Shown piece after piece: positions 24,631-37,590 of a DNA stretch of 64,000 nucleotides. The notes under the pieces were generated by a model. That model worked only from the letters and a program-made list of their open reading frames with translations. It did no database searches and was not told the origin of the DNA. The stretch lies in contig OZ024753.1 of assembly GCA_964016885.1 (NCBI GenBank), forward strand, positions 34,224,001-34,288,000. Direction: 5' to 3'. The translations under genes were made by a program, and so were the position numbers. Every line of letters begins with the position of its first letter. Within the stretch, counting starts at the first letter, position 1. This DNA comes from Eledone cirrhosa. Its lineage: Eukaryota.

Positions 24631-26031
24631 CTACAACAGAAAAATCAATATTTTTATACACACACAAAAAAAAAATGGCTTATTAAAAACTTTATGATAA
24701 AATACAATTTAATATAGTAGTTTTATATACAAAGTAGACCGTAATTAGTTTATCGATTACAAAGAAACATAGTGGAATGATTTTGTTACAGTGCTTCTTA
24801 TAAATATTTGAATTAGTTATTGAAGAATTTATAAGGAATTTACTAAAATCATTTCATTATTAATAAAAGCAAAATTATGTTGGAAGGTTTTAATTTAAAT
24901 AAAACCTCTTTAAAATGGGTAGCTTTGTTTCTTAGAACCAGAGGCAGTTTGGGGTGGGTTTGTATCAAAAGAATGTATGTAGATATATATGTGGTGTGCA
25001 GAAGAGAGGGATTGCATTGGTACAGACATGTAATGCACACAGATGACGGTTGCTGGATAAAAAAAACAAAAAGAATTCACATTTACAAGTGGAAGTCCAA
25101 AAAAACCTGGGTCGAGGAGCTTTGTCTAATATATGTAAGCATGGAAAAATGGATGTAAAACGATGATGATAATATAAACTTACATAAACTACGAATCTAT
25201 GTGCTGGTTGAAATGTATCCTTTCTAAATATGAGACACCTTAGACAAGTGTCTTCTACTATAGTTTCTCGCTGACCAATACCTTGAAAGTTAATTTGATA
25301 GACAAGAAACTGTGAAGTCCATTGTGTGTCTGCATGTGTGTGTATATATATATATATATATATAGGCCATGCCTATCTGATTTAGAATAGGCACACTGTA
25401 TCTCGCACGTCTAAGTAGCAACTAAAATGGTTGGTGATAGGAAGAGAATCAGGCCGTAAACATTGCCTCAAAAAGTTCCATTGAACCCATGCCAGCATGG
25501 TGAAGTCAGCATAAAAATCATGGCAATATATATATAGTGTCACTACGAGCCTGTTATATTGTCTTTGATATATACATTCATTTCGCAGTCAAATGATGCA
25601 CGTGTTATTCAATGCGCCACACTGTTTGATAATGATAAGGTCCGAATATTTTTTCTTTCTATTTCCAAAGAATCCCTCTGATAAAGACATTTTTTCCAAT
25701 ATTGGTTGTCTTAATTTATTGGGATAATTAATAGTTCTTAATTTCAGAGACTGCAGTTTCTCTATTTAGCTTAGGGAACTAATGTCAAAATATGATATTG
25801 TTCAGGGAAGTAATCAGTGGCAGCAATCAGGGAAGAGTTAAAACAGGATGTCATTAGCTTGTTTGATCTAGGATAAAAATATGCATCATATCAGAACATG
25901 CCTACCAGAGCAAAAGCAATCTAATTGTATTGAGAGGAAAAGGCTTAATTATATGAAAATTATTACACTCTAGTAAAGGACAGATACTAGATTAAAGATA
26001 CCAGAATTGTCGTTAGGGTTACAATCTACAT

Positions 26032-26926
26032 AGGGCCCTGTAGAAACAGTAGACAGCTTCTGCTACCTAGGTGACGGAATTAGCAGCGGAGGTGGGTGTT
26101 CAGAAAGTACAATAACTAGGGTAAGAACGGGATGGAAGAAGTTTAGGGAACTACTACCACTGCTAGCTGCAAAAGGCTTCTCCCTCAGAATGAAAGGCAG
26201 ACTGTATGATGCATGTATCCGAACAGCAATGTTACATGGTAGTGAGACCTGGGCGCTGAAGGTGGAAGACTTACGGAGATTAGAGAGAAACGAAGCCTGC
26301 ATGTTCCGATGGATGTGTAACAGTAATATACGTGAACAACAAAGCATAAATGAATTGAGAGAGAGACTGAGCATAAGAGGAATCAAATGCTGTGTGCAGG
26401 AGAGGCGGTTGCGCTGGTATGGACATGTGATGCGTATGAAGGATGACAGCTGCATAAAAAGGTGCAGAGCACTAGAAGATGATGGAAACCGTGGAGTGGG
26501 GAGACCCAAGATGACCTGGGATGAGGTGATAAAAGCCAACCTTACCCAATTACACCTCTCAAAGACTGACACACGACCGTGACTTCTGGCGTCACGCAGT
26601 AATACAGAGTACCCGACCTCCCATGGGTACAAGCTGAAGCATATAGACAATATGCCCCCACACCGCAAGGTGGTCGTGGAGGTGCCACGGCAAAAAAGCA
26701 CCCAGCCCATACTGTAAAGTGGACGTGTAGACGCCACGAAAAAGCACCCAGCACTCACTGTAAATGAGGTTGGTGTTAGGAAGGGCATCCAGCTGTAGAA
26801 ATCAAGCCAAATCAGTTCCTGTATGAGCAAGGCATGGTCAGCCGACCAGACACTGCCCGCAACAGGACAACCCGTTTAACCCATGCTAGCATGGAAGAAC
26901 GGACGTAAAACGGTGATGATGATGAT
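26032..26926 (+). mobile_element. RTE-clade LINE 3' fragment in ALYREF intron 2
   Basis: Highly similar to 53226-54124; ORF 26190-26582; (GAT)n tail. Confidence 0.92.
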
Positions 26927-27775
26927 AGGTTTTAAACAACCTTATATGAGGTTGCATCTCAGGCTTCTTGATAGGAATTCCACTCTTCTCAAATCACAGA
27001 AGGGATTTCAACCAAAGCCAGAACAGATACCACAAGGTAGTTTGTTTGACAAAAGGGATGATAAGTGACTTTTCCCCACTTTAAATTATATACATTTCTC
27101 TATCCTAGTATGAGTATGATGATACTTGTAAATTGATTAAGATGTCGGTCTCACAACCATAAAACCATAGGTTTCACTCCCAAACCTAGTGGCTTGCTGT
27201 CTTTGAATAAGGTACTTTATTTCATATTGCTCCAGCACATTCAGCTGAAAAAGTGAGCAACTGGACTGGAGTTAACCTTGTGACAAGTGGGCATTCCATC
27301 CAATAGGGAGTCCTGTACTATCAGCCTCTTAATGCAGCAGCTCAAAACTAAGATGAACTCCAGCCTTCAGCCAACCCATACTAGCATGGAAAAATGGGTG
27401 GAAAATAGGTAAGATATATATTTTAGAAATGTTGAAATAACAAACACAGATTTGCTACAATGATCATAGTGTTAGATAATCATAAAGGAAACATACTTGG
27501 CCAGAACTCAAGAGGTAGAGAGATCAATTCTCTGTAGAGGCTACTGACCACATATTTTCTGTCCCTAAGAGTATTTAACTTGATTATCTAACGCGAAAGT
27601 CATTGTAGCAAATCTGTGTTTGGATTTCAAATTATCCAAATGCCTCGATAAATCCTAAGATATATATATCTTAGTGTACACTGGATAGAGTACTCAATGA
27701 AGTATACATGTAGGTCTGTGTACTTTGCAGTATTGGTATAACAATGAAGTAGAAGCCAGTAGGTTAGAATTTACG

Positions 27776-28035
27776 TTTCTCTCCAGTCTGCGTATATCCT
27801 CTGCACACAATGCCCAGGTCTCACTGCCGTGCAACATTGCTGTTCGTATGCAGGTATCATACAGCCTGCCTTTCATTTTTAGAGAGAACCCTTTAGCGGC
27901 CAATAGTGCTATAAGCTCTCTGAACTTTTTCGATCCCGTTCTGACTCTAGCTACTGTACTTTCAGAGCACCCTCCCCCACTGCTGATTTTATCACCCAGG
28001 TAACGGAAGCTGTCCACTATTTCTATAGAACCATC
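27776..28035 (-). mobile_element. RTE LINE fragment (inverted relative to the 26032 copy)
   Basis: DGSIEIVDSFRYLGDKISSGGG...HGSETWAL. Confidence 0.88.
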
Positions 28036-28294
28036 TGTGCAATGGAATGAGTATTCTGTGGGCACTTGCTGCTACTTATTGCACTATATATATATATATA
28101 TAAACGTTTGAATATGTGTAATAAAAAAAAAAAGAATGCAATAGTAAAAGAATTCGTCTTTCACCTTGAATTTATTTAAATGTCCTTAATTTTCGAGATA
28201 ATATCTCTTCTTCGGAGAGAAATAAAGGTCTCATTACACATATTCAAACGTTTATACCTCATTACACAATGCTTCAAGTGAACTATAACCTCCT

Positions 28295-28356
<62 letters not shown>

Positions 28357-28451
28357 ATGATGTAGAAGTCAGTAGATTAGAATATATAGTCTCTTGCTAA
28401 AACTACCACCAAAATATAAAGTGAAAAATTACAGAGAAATTTAAAAAATAC

Positions 28452-28607
28452 CTGAATGTCTGAATCGTTTACTCCAAAGTCCAAGTTGGAAATAAGCAAT
28501 TTGCCCTGCCCAGCTGTACTTATTCTGCCACCAATCATGCGTTTTATAGGTCCACCAGTACCACCATCAAATAGATCATGTTGCCACACATCAGGAAGCT
28601 CTTTAGG
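28452..28607 (-). CDS. ALYREF: ALYREF coding exon 2 (WxHD motif, start of RRM)
   Basis: TTTTTCAG|CCT acceptor; [15 protein letters not shown]...[18 protein letters not shown]; CAG|GTATTT donor; 156 nt, phase 0/0. Confidence 0.97.
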
Positions 28608-28781
28608 CTGAAAAAGTAAAATAAAGGTAAATATATTTATTTAGAACACAACTATATGAGTCAGAAAATGCAGAGAAAGGTTGGGAAAAGATGCCACATA
28701 AAAATATTTTGATTGCTCCATTTAAATCCTCTTTGTGGAGAAGAAAAAGTACTACAGTCTGGATATTTTGTCATTTTAGAT

Positions 28782-28959
28782 TACTGTATATACTCATGTA
28801 TAAGCCAATTTGAATATAAGCCAAAGCCTCACCCCATTTATATCCGAGAAATGGACAAAAATCCAACCTCTATGTAGCTAATAATATAAGCCGCCCTCCA
28901 TTTTAACATTGATTTTTCGGGGAGTCATATTTCTCAGCTTATACAAGAATATATACAGT
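28782..28959. mobile_element. pogo/Tc-like MITE (related copies at about 23307-23510, 39700-39850, 51560-51752)
   Basis: TA-CTGTATATACTC...ATATATACAG termini and tataagcc subterminal repeats. Confidence 0.6.
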
Positions 28960-29634
28960 GTTACAAATACTGCCAATTGAATTTATTAAGCCATATTTAC
29001 TTCATATTATTTTAGTAAAAAAGATGAGTATTAAAAAAAAAAATCTATTCCATCCATCAATGGGCCTTGAACTCCCGATAGAACAGCAAGGGTGCCATCA
29101 TGCCTTGTGCTTAAATCTAGTGAAGCCCATTTATCCACAGAGAAAGAATTTGAGCCCAGTACTGATGTACTTTGAAGGGCAAAGGTAACCATTGCAGGAC
29201 TTGAACTTAGAGCACACAGAGTTGGAAAGAATACCACAAAGCATTCTAATTAATGTTCTAATAAGGCTAGTCAATATTCTCATTGGTAAAAGCAACATAA
29301 ACATTCTAGTCAAGATATACTCAAATTAAAAGCAGGTTAATCTAAAATCCCAGACAAATTAATTTTAATGAAAAACATTTCTATTTGTGTATAATATACA
29401 TATGTTAACATTTACATGTACAAGGATAAAGAAAGAACATTGAAGAATAAAAAAACATGTAGGCACAACAAATCTAGAACCACTGTCCTTGGTGAGCTGG
29501 TTGGTGTTTACCGAAGTAGTGGTGTTGATTTAAGAGGATAACAGCTTTAAAGAACAACACCACAATAAGCCAAGACATCACATATGAGGGGAAGAAAAAT
29601 CAAATGAAATGACTAAAAAACTAGTTCTGCTCAC

Positions 29635-29673
29635 CAATCTAGAATTGCTGAACCAAGGATTTGTTCTTCCTCC
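29635..29673 (-). CDS. ALYREF: Candidate alternative cassette exon of ALYREF (GGRTNPWFSNSRL)
   Basis: CATTTTTTACAG| 39 nt, stop-free in phase 0 |GTGAGC; fits the phase-0 intron 1. Confidence 0.6.
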
Positions 29674-30737
29674 CTGTAAAAAATGATGAATTTTTCAACC
29701 CATGTGCAAATTATAGAAATCACATAAAAAGTACATTTCTACTGGCTAAATTTCTGAAGAAAATTCAAAATGAGGTGATTTAAATTCAAATTTACATTTT
29801 ACTTAGCAATATTTAAATGAATGCTTTTTTTTTTCTTCTTTCATAAAGCATTTCTATAATTAGAATTTTAGACTTTTGATAAATCTTACCCAAACACATT
29901 TAAAAAATATAATTTTCCCATTTATCAAAATCTTTACTATTCAAGCATACTTCAAAACTATTCTATGATCAGCTTTTAATGTCCATTTTTCCATGCTAGC
30001 ATGGGTTAGACAAGTTGTCCCGTTGTGAGACAAATCAGATTCAATTCTACAGCTTAAAATAAAGAGAACAAATGGAAATGTTATTGCAGGAAGGCAACTC
30101 TGAAGCTACATACTTAAAACCCTTTTGATCTAACTCACACAAAACTACCTTCATTAAAGGGCTTCTATTTAAATTAAAATTTTCCAATATAATTTGATAT
30201 AAGAAACTTCATATATATATTATCTTTAATAAAGAAATATTCAATTTTAGTAAATTCCTCCAAATTCTTTAACTTCTAATATCCTATATACCATGAAACC
30301 ACATTAGCAGAACAATATTGAAAGTACAAAACAGCATTATGACTGCATTACATTAAAAATTTAAGACACAACAAACATTTGAACTTATTAAATATTTTCT
30401 GCTAAATCGTTATAGGATGTTAAGAATTGTTTGAAATACAGTATTTCATTAGAAATATGTGCATGAAAGAGTTAAAGAAACTTGAAGCAAGAGGCAAGTA
30501 AATGATGGACTTAGTTCCTAAAATTACATCTTAACCACCAGGAGTGTAACTGAATACCTATAACCAAACAAAACTGATTCATAGAGAAGAGATGAGAATC
30601 TAATATATTGAAACCATGAGTAATATTCTCTGAAAACTGGACACTTGACAATAAAACAATATGTATTATAGAAAAAGATTTGATGCAATGCTCTCCCTTT
30701 AGATACCAAACTACCTGAAACTGCAAAACTACTTGCT

Positions 30738-30948
30738 TTAACATTTTAGCATTTGCATTACCCAATATACTATTGTATTTTCATGGTAAACACTTTATCC
30801 CACATAATATCGAATTTAATAGATTTTGATATTTGTTTTGAGAACAATACCTTAACATCAGTATGAGCGACTGGTTACAGCTGGTTTGAACAGAGAGAGG
30901 TGAGAGAATTCTGGCCGGATACGGCCAGTTTAAATGCTAAGGGGTTAA
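30738..30948. mobile_element. piggyBac-type MITE (copy 5, reverse)
   Basis: Family internal sequence; right end TAAATGCTAAGGGG-TTAA. Confidence 0.85.
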
Positions 30949-31565
30949 AGCATTCATACTTATACAAACCTATCACAATTTTATGTAAGAACATTTTGTT
31001 CAGTAATGCTCCAAACATGAAGTTAATAACAAAGGAGTTATATTAAATTCCTTCAAATTTTTTATTTTCAAAATTGACACTTTAGCAGTGAATTCCATTA
31101 GAAACATGGTAACAAAAGAGTTAATCATCATCAACATTAAACGACCTTTTCCCATGCTAGCAAAAGTTACATGGGTCTTCACAGACAGAGTCAGTTCTCA
31201 AGAGGCGCTACTAACCTCTCAGATGGACTAGGGACCAGCATCTTGTGTACATACCGTCTCACACTTTACTGAATACACCAGCATAAGGGAGGTTATTAAG
31301 TATTTGACACATCTGAGGGGTCCTCCTGATCCTTTGTTTCGCAGGTTTTCTACAGCTGGATGCCCTTCTTATCACCAATCTATACTGACTGCTTTTGGAT
31401 TAAAGTTTCTGACTGGAATGGTCTAAATCAAAGTGTCATCTTAATTATCGTCAAATTATTTTCTAACTAAAATTCTATATTAATAGTATCTGCCTAATGG
31501 AATCTAAAATGTTATTAATTAAAACAGTAAAGTTGTTCTCTTAGGCAATCATTATTAGCATCAAA

Positions 31566-31760
31566 GGCGGGGGGGAGGGGATTGGCAGTATCGGTAGAGG
31601 GTCGGTCTCCATGCTTTGACGCATAGAGTTACAACCCTTGCCATTCTGAATTCAAATCCCGCCAAGGTTTACTTTGCCTTTCATGCTTACGGGGTCGATA
31701 AAATAAAGTACCAGTAATACACTGGGTTATGGCTGGCCTTGTGCCAAAAGTAGAAACAAT
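31566..31760 (+). mobile_element. Same SINE family in ALYREF intron 1
   Basis: TSD attattagcatcaaa at 31551 and 31759. Confidence 0.85.
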
Positions 31761-32277
31761 TATTAGCATCAAACTAAATACCATGCCCTTGGTTATTTTT
31801 ATCAAACACAAACACTATTCTTAAATGTGTAGAAAGATTTCTATTGACTGACTAGGCACAAACTCATTTGTAATATAGAAAAGATTCCAATCTATGCAAG
31901 TGTGGAATAGCAGACATATGATGATGATGTTGATGATGATGATGTTGATAATGATTGAGAGGATTGAATCAACATAGGGCTGGGATTGGTTTCTATTTTT
32001 TAGTCTCTTACAGGATTTGAACTTACAGTTTTGAATGGAACTAATGGCTATAAGAGGAATCAGATGCAGTAGGCAAGAGAGATGACTGTACTGGTTTGAA
32101 TGAGGAATGCTGGATGAAGAAGTTCCAGGTGACGCCAGTGGAAGGAAGCTGCAGTAGAGAAAGACCAAGAAAGAACTGGGCAGAGGTGCTTAAAGTTGAT
32201 CTAAAAATACTGCACCCCAGAGATGTATCACGAGTGAGGAGAAACTATCCAAACCATGCAAACATGGAAAAGAAGAC

Positions 32278-32471
32278 TTAACCCTTTAGAATTTAAACTA
32301 GACAGAACTCTCTCACCTCTTTCTGTTCAAACCGACCACACATACTGACATTAAGGTATTGTTCTCAAAATAAATAATAACATCATCAAAATCTCAGATT
32401 CCATATTATGTGAAATAAAGCCTTTACTGTGAAAACATAATAATAGAGTAATGTAAATGCTAAAGGGTTAA
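32278..32471. mobile_element. piggyBac-type MITE (copy 6)
   Basis: TTAA-CCCTTTAG...CTAAAGGG-TTAA. Confidence 0.85.
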
Positions 32472-32475
32472 AATA

Positions 32476-32652
32476 ATTGTTTCTACTTTAGGCACAAGGC
32501 CAGCAATTACTCAGTACATTACTGGTACTTTATGTTATCGACCCCGTAAGGATGAAAGGCAAAGTCAACCTCGGTGGGATTTGAACTCAGATCGTAAAGG
32601 GACATAACTATGCTGTAAAGCATGGCGTCCGACCCTCTACCGATACTGCCAA
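32476..32652 (-). mobile_element. Same SINE family, minus strand, abutting MITE copy 6
   Basis: Close reverse complement of the 17251 copy. Confidence 0.85.
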
Positions 32653-32699
32653 ATGATGTATGTATGCACATATATATATATATACACTCCTTCGGGTGC

Positions 32700-33454
32700 A
32701 AGGACAGGGAAAATTCCACCTTGAGGTTCTGGGACCAAAGAGGTAACAGCCTCAACATCATATGGGACATTCTTGACAGGACTCCTTACTCACCAGGAAC
32801 TCGGTTACCAGTTTTGCTTTTGCAAGAGGCTGTAAATATTACATCAGTATGTAATATTCATTGACAGGAAGACTGACATATTACTTAGTTATCATTAAAG
32901 GAAAATGCCCTATCAAGCAGTTACAAGCCATTGGCCCTCAATATCAAGCAAAGACCACCAGGCCCATGTGCATATACTGGGTGGAAAGCTCTTACTCTCA
33001 AACCAGTTCATACGCAAACTAAAATGGTGCTTATATTAAACCTACTGAGACACCAAATACACTGACTATTACAGCGAAACTAACTACCACACAATTGTCA
33101 TTTTACCAGCATGGCAGACTCTGCTATTAGGCTGTCCATCTTCACATGTGGATCAATGAACAAGAACTGCTGTTGTTGATCATTCAACAACTACCATATG
33201 ACCTGACCTGAACTAACCAATGGAAGCTCTTTATACCTCCCACTTGGGAGCCATGTCTCCAAATTCTGGCACTTATTAGAAATACAGTAAGGAGAGGATT
33301 AATGTGAAACAACTTTGATGCAATAAACAACAATAGTCTCACTTGCTTTCATTAGAAATTCTAGTATGCTCAAGGACATGCTGGACCGGTCATTTTCCTG
33401 GTCCTGAAACCTCTAGATAAAGTAGGACAGGGAGGTGCAATTTTCCTTGTCCTT
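32700..33454. mobile_element. Old non-autonomous DNA element with diverged TIRs
   Basis: AAGGACAGGGAAAATTCCACCT...GAGGTTCTGGGACCA at the left is the reverse complement of TGGTCCTGAAACCTC...AGGTGCAATTTTCCTTGTCCTT at the right. Confidence 0.6.
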
Positions 33455-36400
33455 AGTCCTCAGTAAAACTGAGTAAATCTTCCCTTGAAGTTGTTGACTG
33501 AGTCCTATGTAATTCATTGAGCCACTGCATTAGAAATCTCAGCAAACTACTGGCTTTCTTCAAGGCTTAATTAAGCCTATCTCTTTATTTAGAGTAACAG
33601 CATCTGAACAATCAAACATACTGTTATATCTGTGAATCTTTAAGTAATGCCGGTCTAAGCCACAAACATATATATAACATATGTCCACAGAGAGAGAGAG
33701 AGGTGGTGTTATTTTCTCTACAGAATAATTAGAATTTGTCCACTATTGATAACCATCATTTAACAACCATTTTCCCTGCTAGCAAGTGTTGGAAGGGTCA
33801 CCACAAAGTCAGGCCACATTTTGCTAACATTTGCCCCCACATTTTACAGAGTTCACCAATGCTAGAGAGATCATCATGTCCTTGATAACTGGAAGAGCCC
33901 TCTGTGTACTTTATCATCATCAATTAACATCTGTTTCCCTGCTATCAAGAGTTAGACAGCTCTTTACTGACTAGGTCAGTTCTCAAGTGGAGCTGTTCAA
34001 CTCTCAGATGAATGGAGTGGCCTGCATCTCGCTTAGATACAATCCCACGCACTTTGGAGTGCATTTTATTGAAATTAGCAATAGGAAGATTGTTATGTCT
34101 GACACAGCCAAAAGGCTTTTTTTAACAACCAGATGCCATTCCTATCACTAACCACTCAACATAATGGTTTCAAAACTAGTCAGATTTCACTATACACATT
34201 TTTTCCCCCTTAGAGAACACACACTTCTACTTTCTGAGAAACAACAATTTGAAGAACATAATTGTTGCCACTTCTTTTCAAAAGCAGTCCAAACTTTCAA
34301 ACATCATTTTAGTTGATCCAGGAATAACTATCAATAAAATACCCCTTTCCAATCAATCCTCATAAGTAATAATAATCAAAAACACAAAATCCTCACCAGG
34401 CAAGTATTATTGCAAACAAGAAATATATGTCATTTTTTTTTTCACAGTTTTAGCCTGTAGCTATGCTCAATCACCATCAAGAGATTTATTGCATCATACT
34501 GTCACCAGTATACATATTTTTTAATACCTGATACTTATTTTATCGAACTACTAAATATATACATACACATGATGGGTTCTCATAGTTTCTGCCAATCAAA
34601 TTTCACTCATAAGACACTGGTCAACATGGTGCTAAGACACTAGCCTAAATTGCCCCACACTGAAAGTGAACCCAAAACTACAAACGCTTTACCTATACAG
34701 CTAAACCGGTGCCTAGACCATCATTATTTTTACCAAATTCATTAAAATTGCCAACAATCTCACAGATGGGTTTCCTTGAGAAATTTTGCCAGGCAGAACA
34801 AGACAGCTATGCTGCTTAATACCACCAGATGTGAGTGGACCTTATCTCAAAATTTAAAGGAATTGAGGAGGGTTTTTTTTAGGGTGGACAGTCAGATATT
34901 TGGATCCATGACAAAATCCTCACCCTCACGACTAAAAAAACAATACAGAATTTGAATATGTGATTTTAGTTTCTTCTTTACCGGGTAAATTATATTTCAT
35001 AATGTTAACTAGTAAAAACTATGTGGGGTTTTGTCCAGTATGGATTGAGGACTTTGTCCATATACTCAGATAGTCATGGATCACTCAAGACCCTAAATTG
35101 ATGTACAGATTGAATCACCTGATCACAGGTATTATATGAGGTTCTTATATAATATACACAGCAGCTATCCATATATTTTCGGAAAACAAACCACCTTATA
35201 AATCCGTATTCATGTGTAAATCACTTTTTTCCCCACGAAAAATGACGAAAAACCAGCTTTGTGACATATCAACCAGACCTACAAAACTTAAATTCAAAAT
35301 ATACGTAAAATTGGGATGTCACTTATCTACCGTTTATAAATAAGTTTTATAAATATTAAAAAAAAAACGGAAAAGGAAGGAATAGGCAAGGGCCCGGGGC
35401 CTTAATAAATAAATTATAGATGAAAATGTCTCACTTTTAATTCAGAGACCATACCTCTCTGAAACCAAAATTTTACCCGTCTTTCTATTTTTTCTTTTTA
35501 AACAGACATCTTTATTTATTAACTTTTCAAACATTCTTCCGGGATTATTGCCTATATATATCTCATATCGATCGATCACCCAGAATGACAAACAATTTAT
35601 CACTTATACAAGATTTAACCAACAACAATAACAGAAGAAGAAAAATGCAGGGTAAAACTTTTGATGGTGATTTGAAATTTTAAACACGTGTATGACTTAC
35701 ACTGCACAAGAAATAAAAGATCGAAAGTATATATTTTCAATAAAACAATTGAAAGCCTGAACATATCTCAAGGATCACTGAATTCTTTGTTTAGTTTGTC
35801 CACCACTTATGATTCCAATATTCCATTTTTAAAAAGTCGGGGGTTACAGTAAATACATTTTCAAGATATCACAGCCAAACAGCTGTGAGTTCTTTACACT
35901 CTATCAATAATCTATATATTCGACACTACAGTAACAGCATCCGGCAAACACTTCCCGCCATGCCACATCGATTTTTTTTTTCTTCTTCTTCTCGCTTTAC
36001 AATCATCTTTCTATTTAGTTGATATCTCTATTTTCAAGTTTGGGACAAACGTATTCCCAATTATAGAGTGACGAAATTTCTTCTCTCTTTCTCTCTCACA
36101 CACATATACATATATGTTATATATACTTATATATATAATATACACTTATATATGTAATGTACATATAGATATGTATATATATGTAATGTACATATATTTA
36201 GACAAGTATAAACTAAAACGCGCTTATGTCATCATCATGAGCTTAATATATGTAGAGGCCGTTGGACTGTTTGTTAGTTTATTGTTTGTCTTAGTTCAAA
36301 TCTTGTAGGGACCGGACCGATTGTGTTTCATATTGTGAAACACAATCGTGAACGAAGAAAAATATGTGACCCAGTAATATAGATACCTACCTCCCAACAC

Positions 36401-37219
36401 CCAGGGAAGGGTTTATGCAAAAAGAAGAAAAAAAAAAAAAAAGGAATCCCCTAGGAGATTATTTTCAGTATAGTATCATTACTACTTAATATGGTTATGA
36501 TTGGGACGAACGAATTTTTTGAATATTGAGAATTATTATTATCAAAGGAAGTGAATTAAATCCATTAAAAACGAACCAAGATGAAGGTGAACAGTAGATA
36601 AGAACGATTTAAACAGGAAACAAAGAGATTAAAGACGAAGCCTTGATTCAAGCCAGCTACAACGAATCTCTTGGGTTTTATCGTTTAAAACTACTGAAGC
36701 TTCGAGATGAAATTAACAGAAACGAATTAATTTAATTAATCAGAAACAAATTACAAAATAATAGTAATAAAAAATATTAATTTTAAAAACTTAGATGATT
36801 TGTAAAAACTGAGGTAATAATATAAAAACGAGGGTAAATATATCTACGTGACACAATCCCATCAGAAAAATAGATGACACAAGAGGATATTCTATTATAG
36901 CACTTAAAAGAAAATTATTCAAATTAGATCTGGTTTCAGTGTATCGTCTTTAACAAACCCATCCCGTATCAGAAAAACAAGCCTTAATTAAGTCACGAAA
37001 TGGGACAAAATAATGCTAGATCTACACTTATAAACGACTATTATTTAACATGTAACTAACTATATACTGCAATTACATAGATAAGGCATTCCCGGTGAGA
37101 TCAGATAAATAGATTAAATGTAAGATAAAAGCTAGTACACGCATATGAAAGAAGACTAAAAGCATTCGAATATCTTTTTAAATAGTTAATATAATTTACA
37201 AAGAAGACTATTTTCTTAC

Positions 37220-37471
37220 TCGCATATAAGGTGCTGGTCTGTTTGAACTTCTTCGTCTCTGTATACCTCCTCCCCGGCTTCTAAAGCTGAATCCAAAGCT
37301 ACCTCCACGATTTGGCCGACCGCGGCCGCCGAGTGCGCCCCGTGATCGGGTAACGCGTCCACCGCGGACTCCACCACGTTTAATTCCTCCAGCTCCGCCG
37401 CTGCCACCTTTCTTCTTGTCTAATTTGATGATATCATCGAGACTCATATCCAACTTATCCATGGCAGCCAT
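37220..37471 (-). CDS. ALYREF: ALYREF/THOC4 coding exon 1 (N-terminal UAP56-binding REF-N motif + RGG region)
   Basis: MAAMDKLDMSLDDIIK...RPAPYMR matches the REF-N motif (MDMSLDDII); 252 nt, ends at CGA|GTAAGA donor, phase 0. Confidence 0.97.
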
Positions 37472-37550
37472 CTTTCAAGTATTCCTACCTTTCTCCTTTC
37501 TGTGGCGTTTAGTCGTTGTTAGTCTACACAAAACATCAACGTGCAAAATA

Positions 37551-37590
37551 AAAATGGCGGTCCCGCGAATGATGCATGATGGGAAATTGG
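37551..37590 (-). promoter_or_regulatory. ALYREF promoter motifs: YY1-like (CCGCCATTTT) and ZNF143/Staf-like (TTCCCATCATGCA)
   Basis: aaaatggcgg at 37551-37560 and tgcatgatgggaa at 37573-37585, 80-115 nt upstream of the ATG; both resemble known housekeeping-promoter consensus motifs. Confidence 0.6.
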
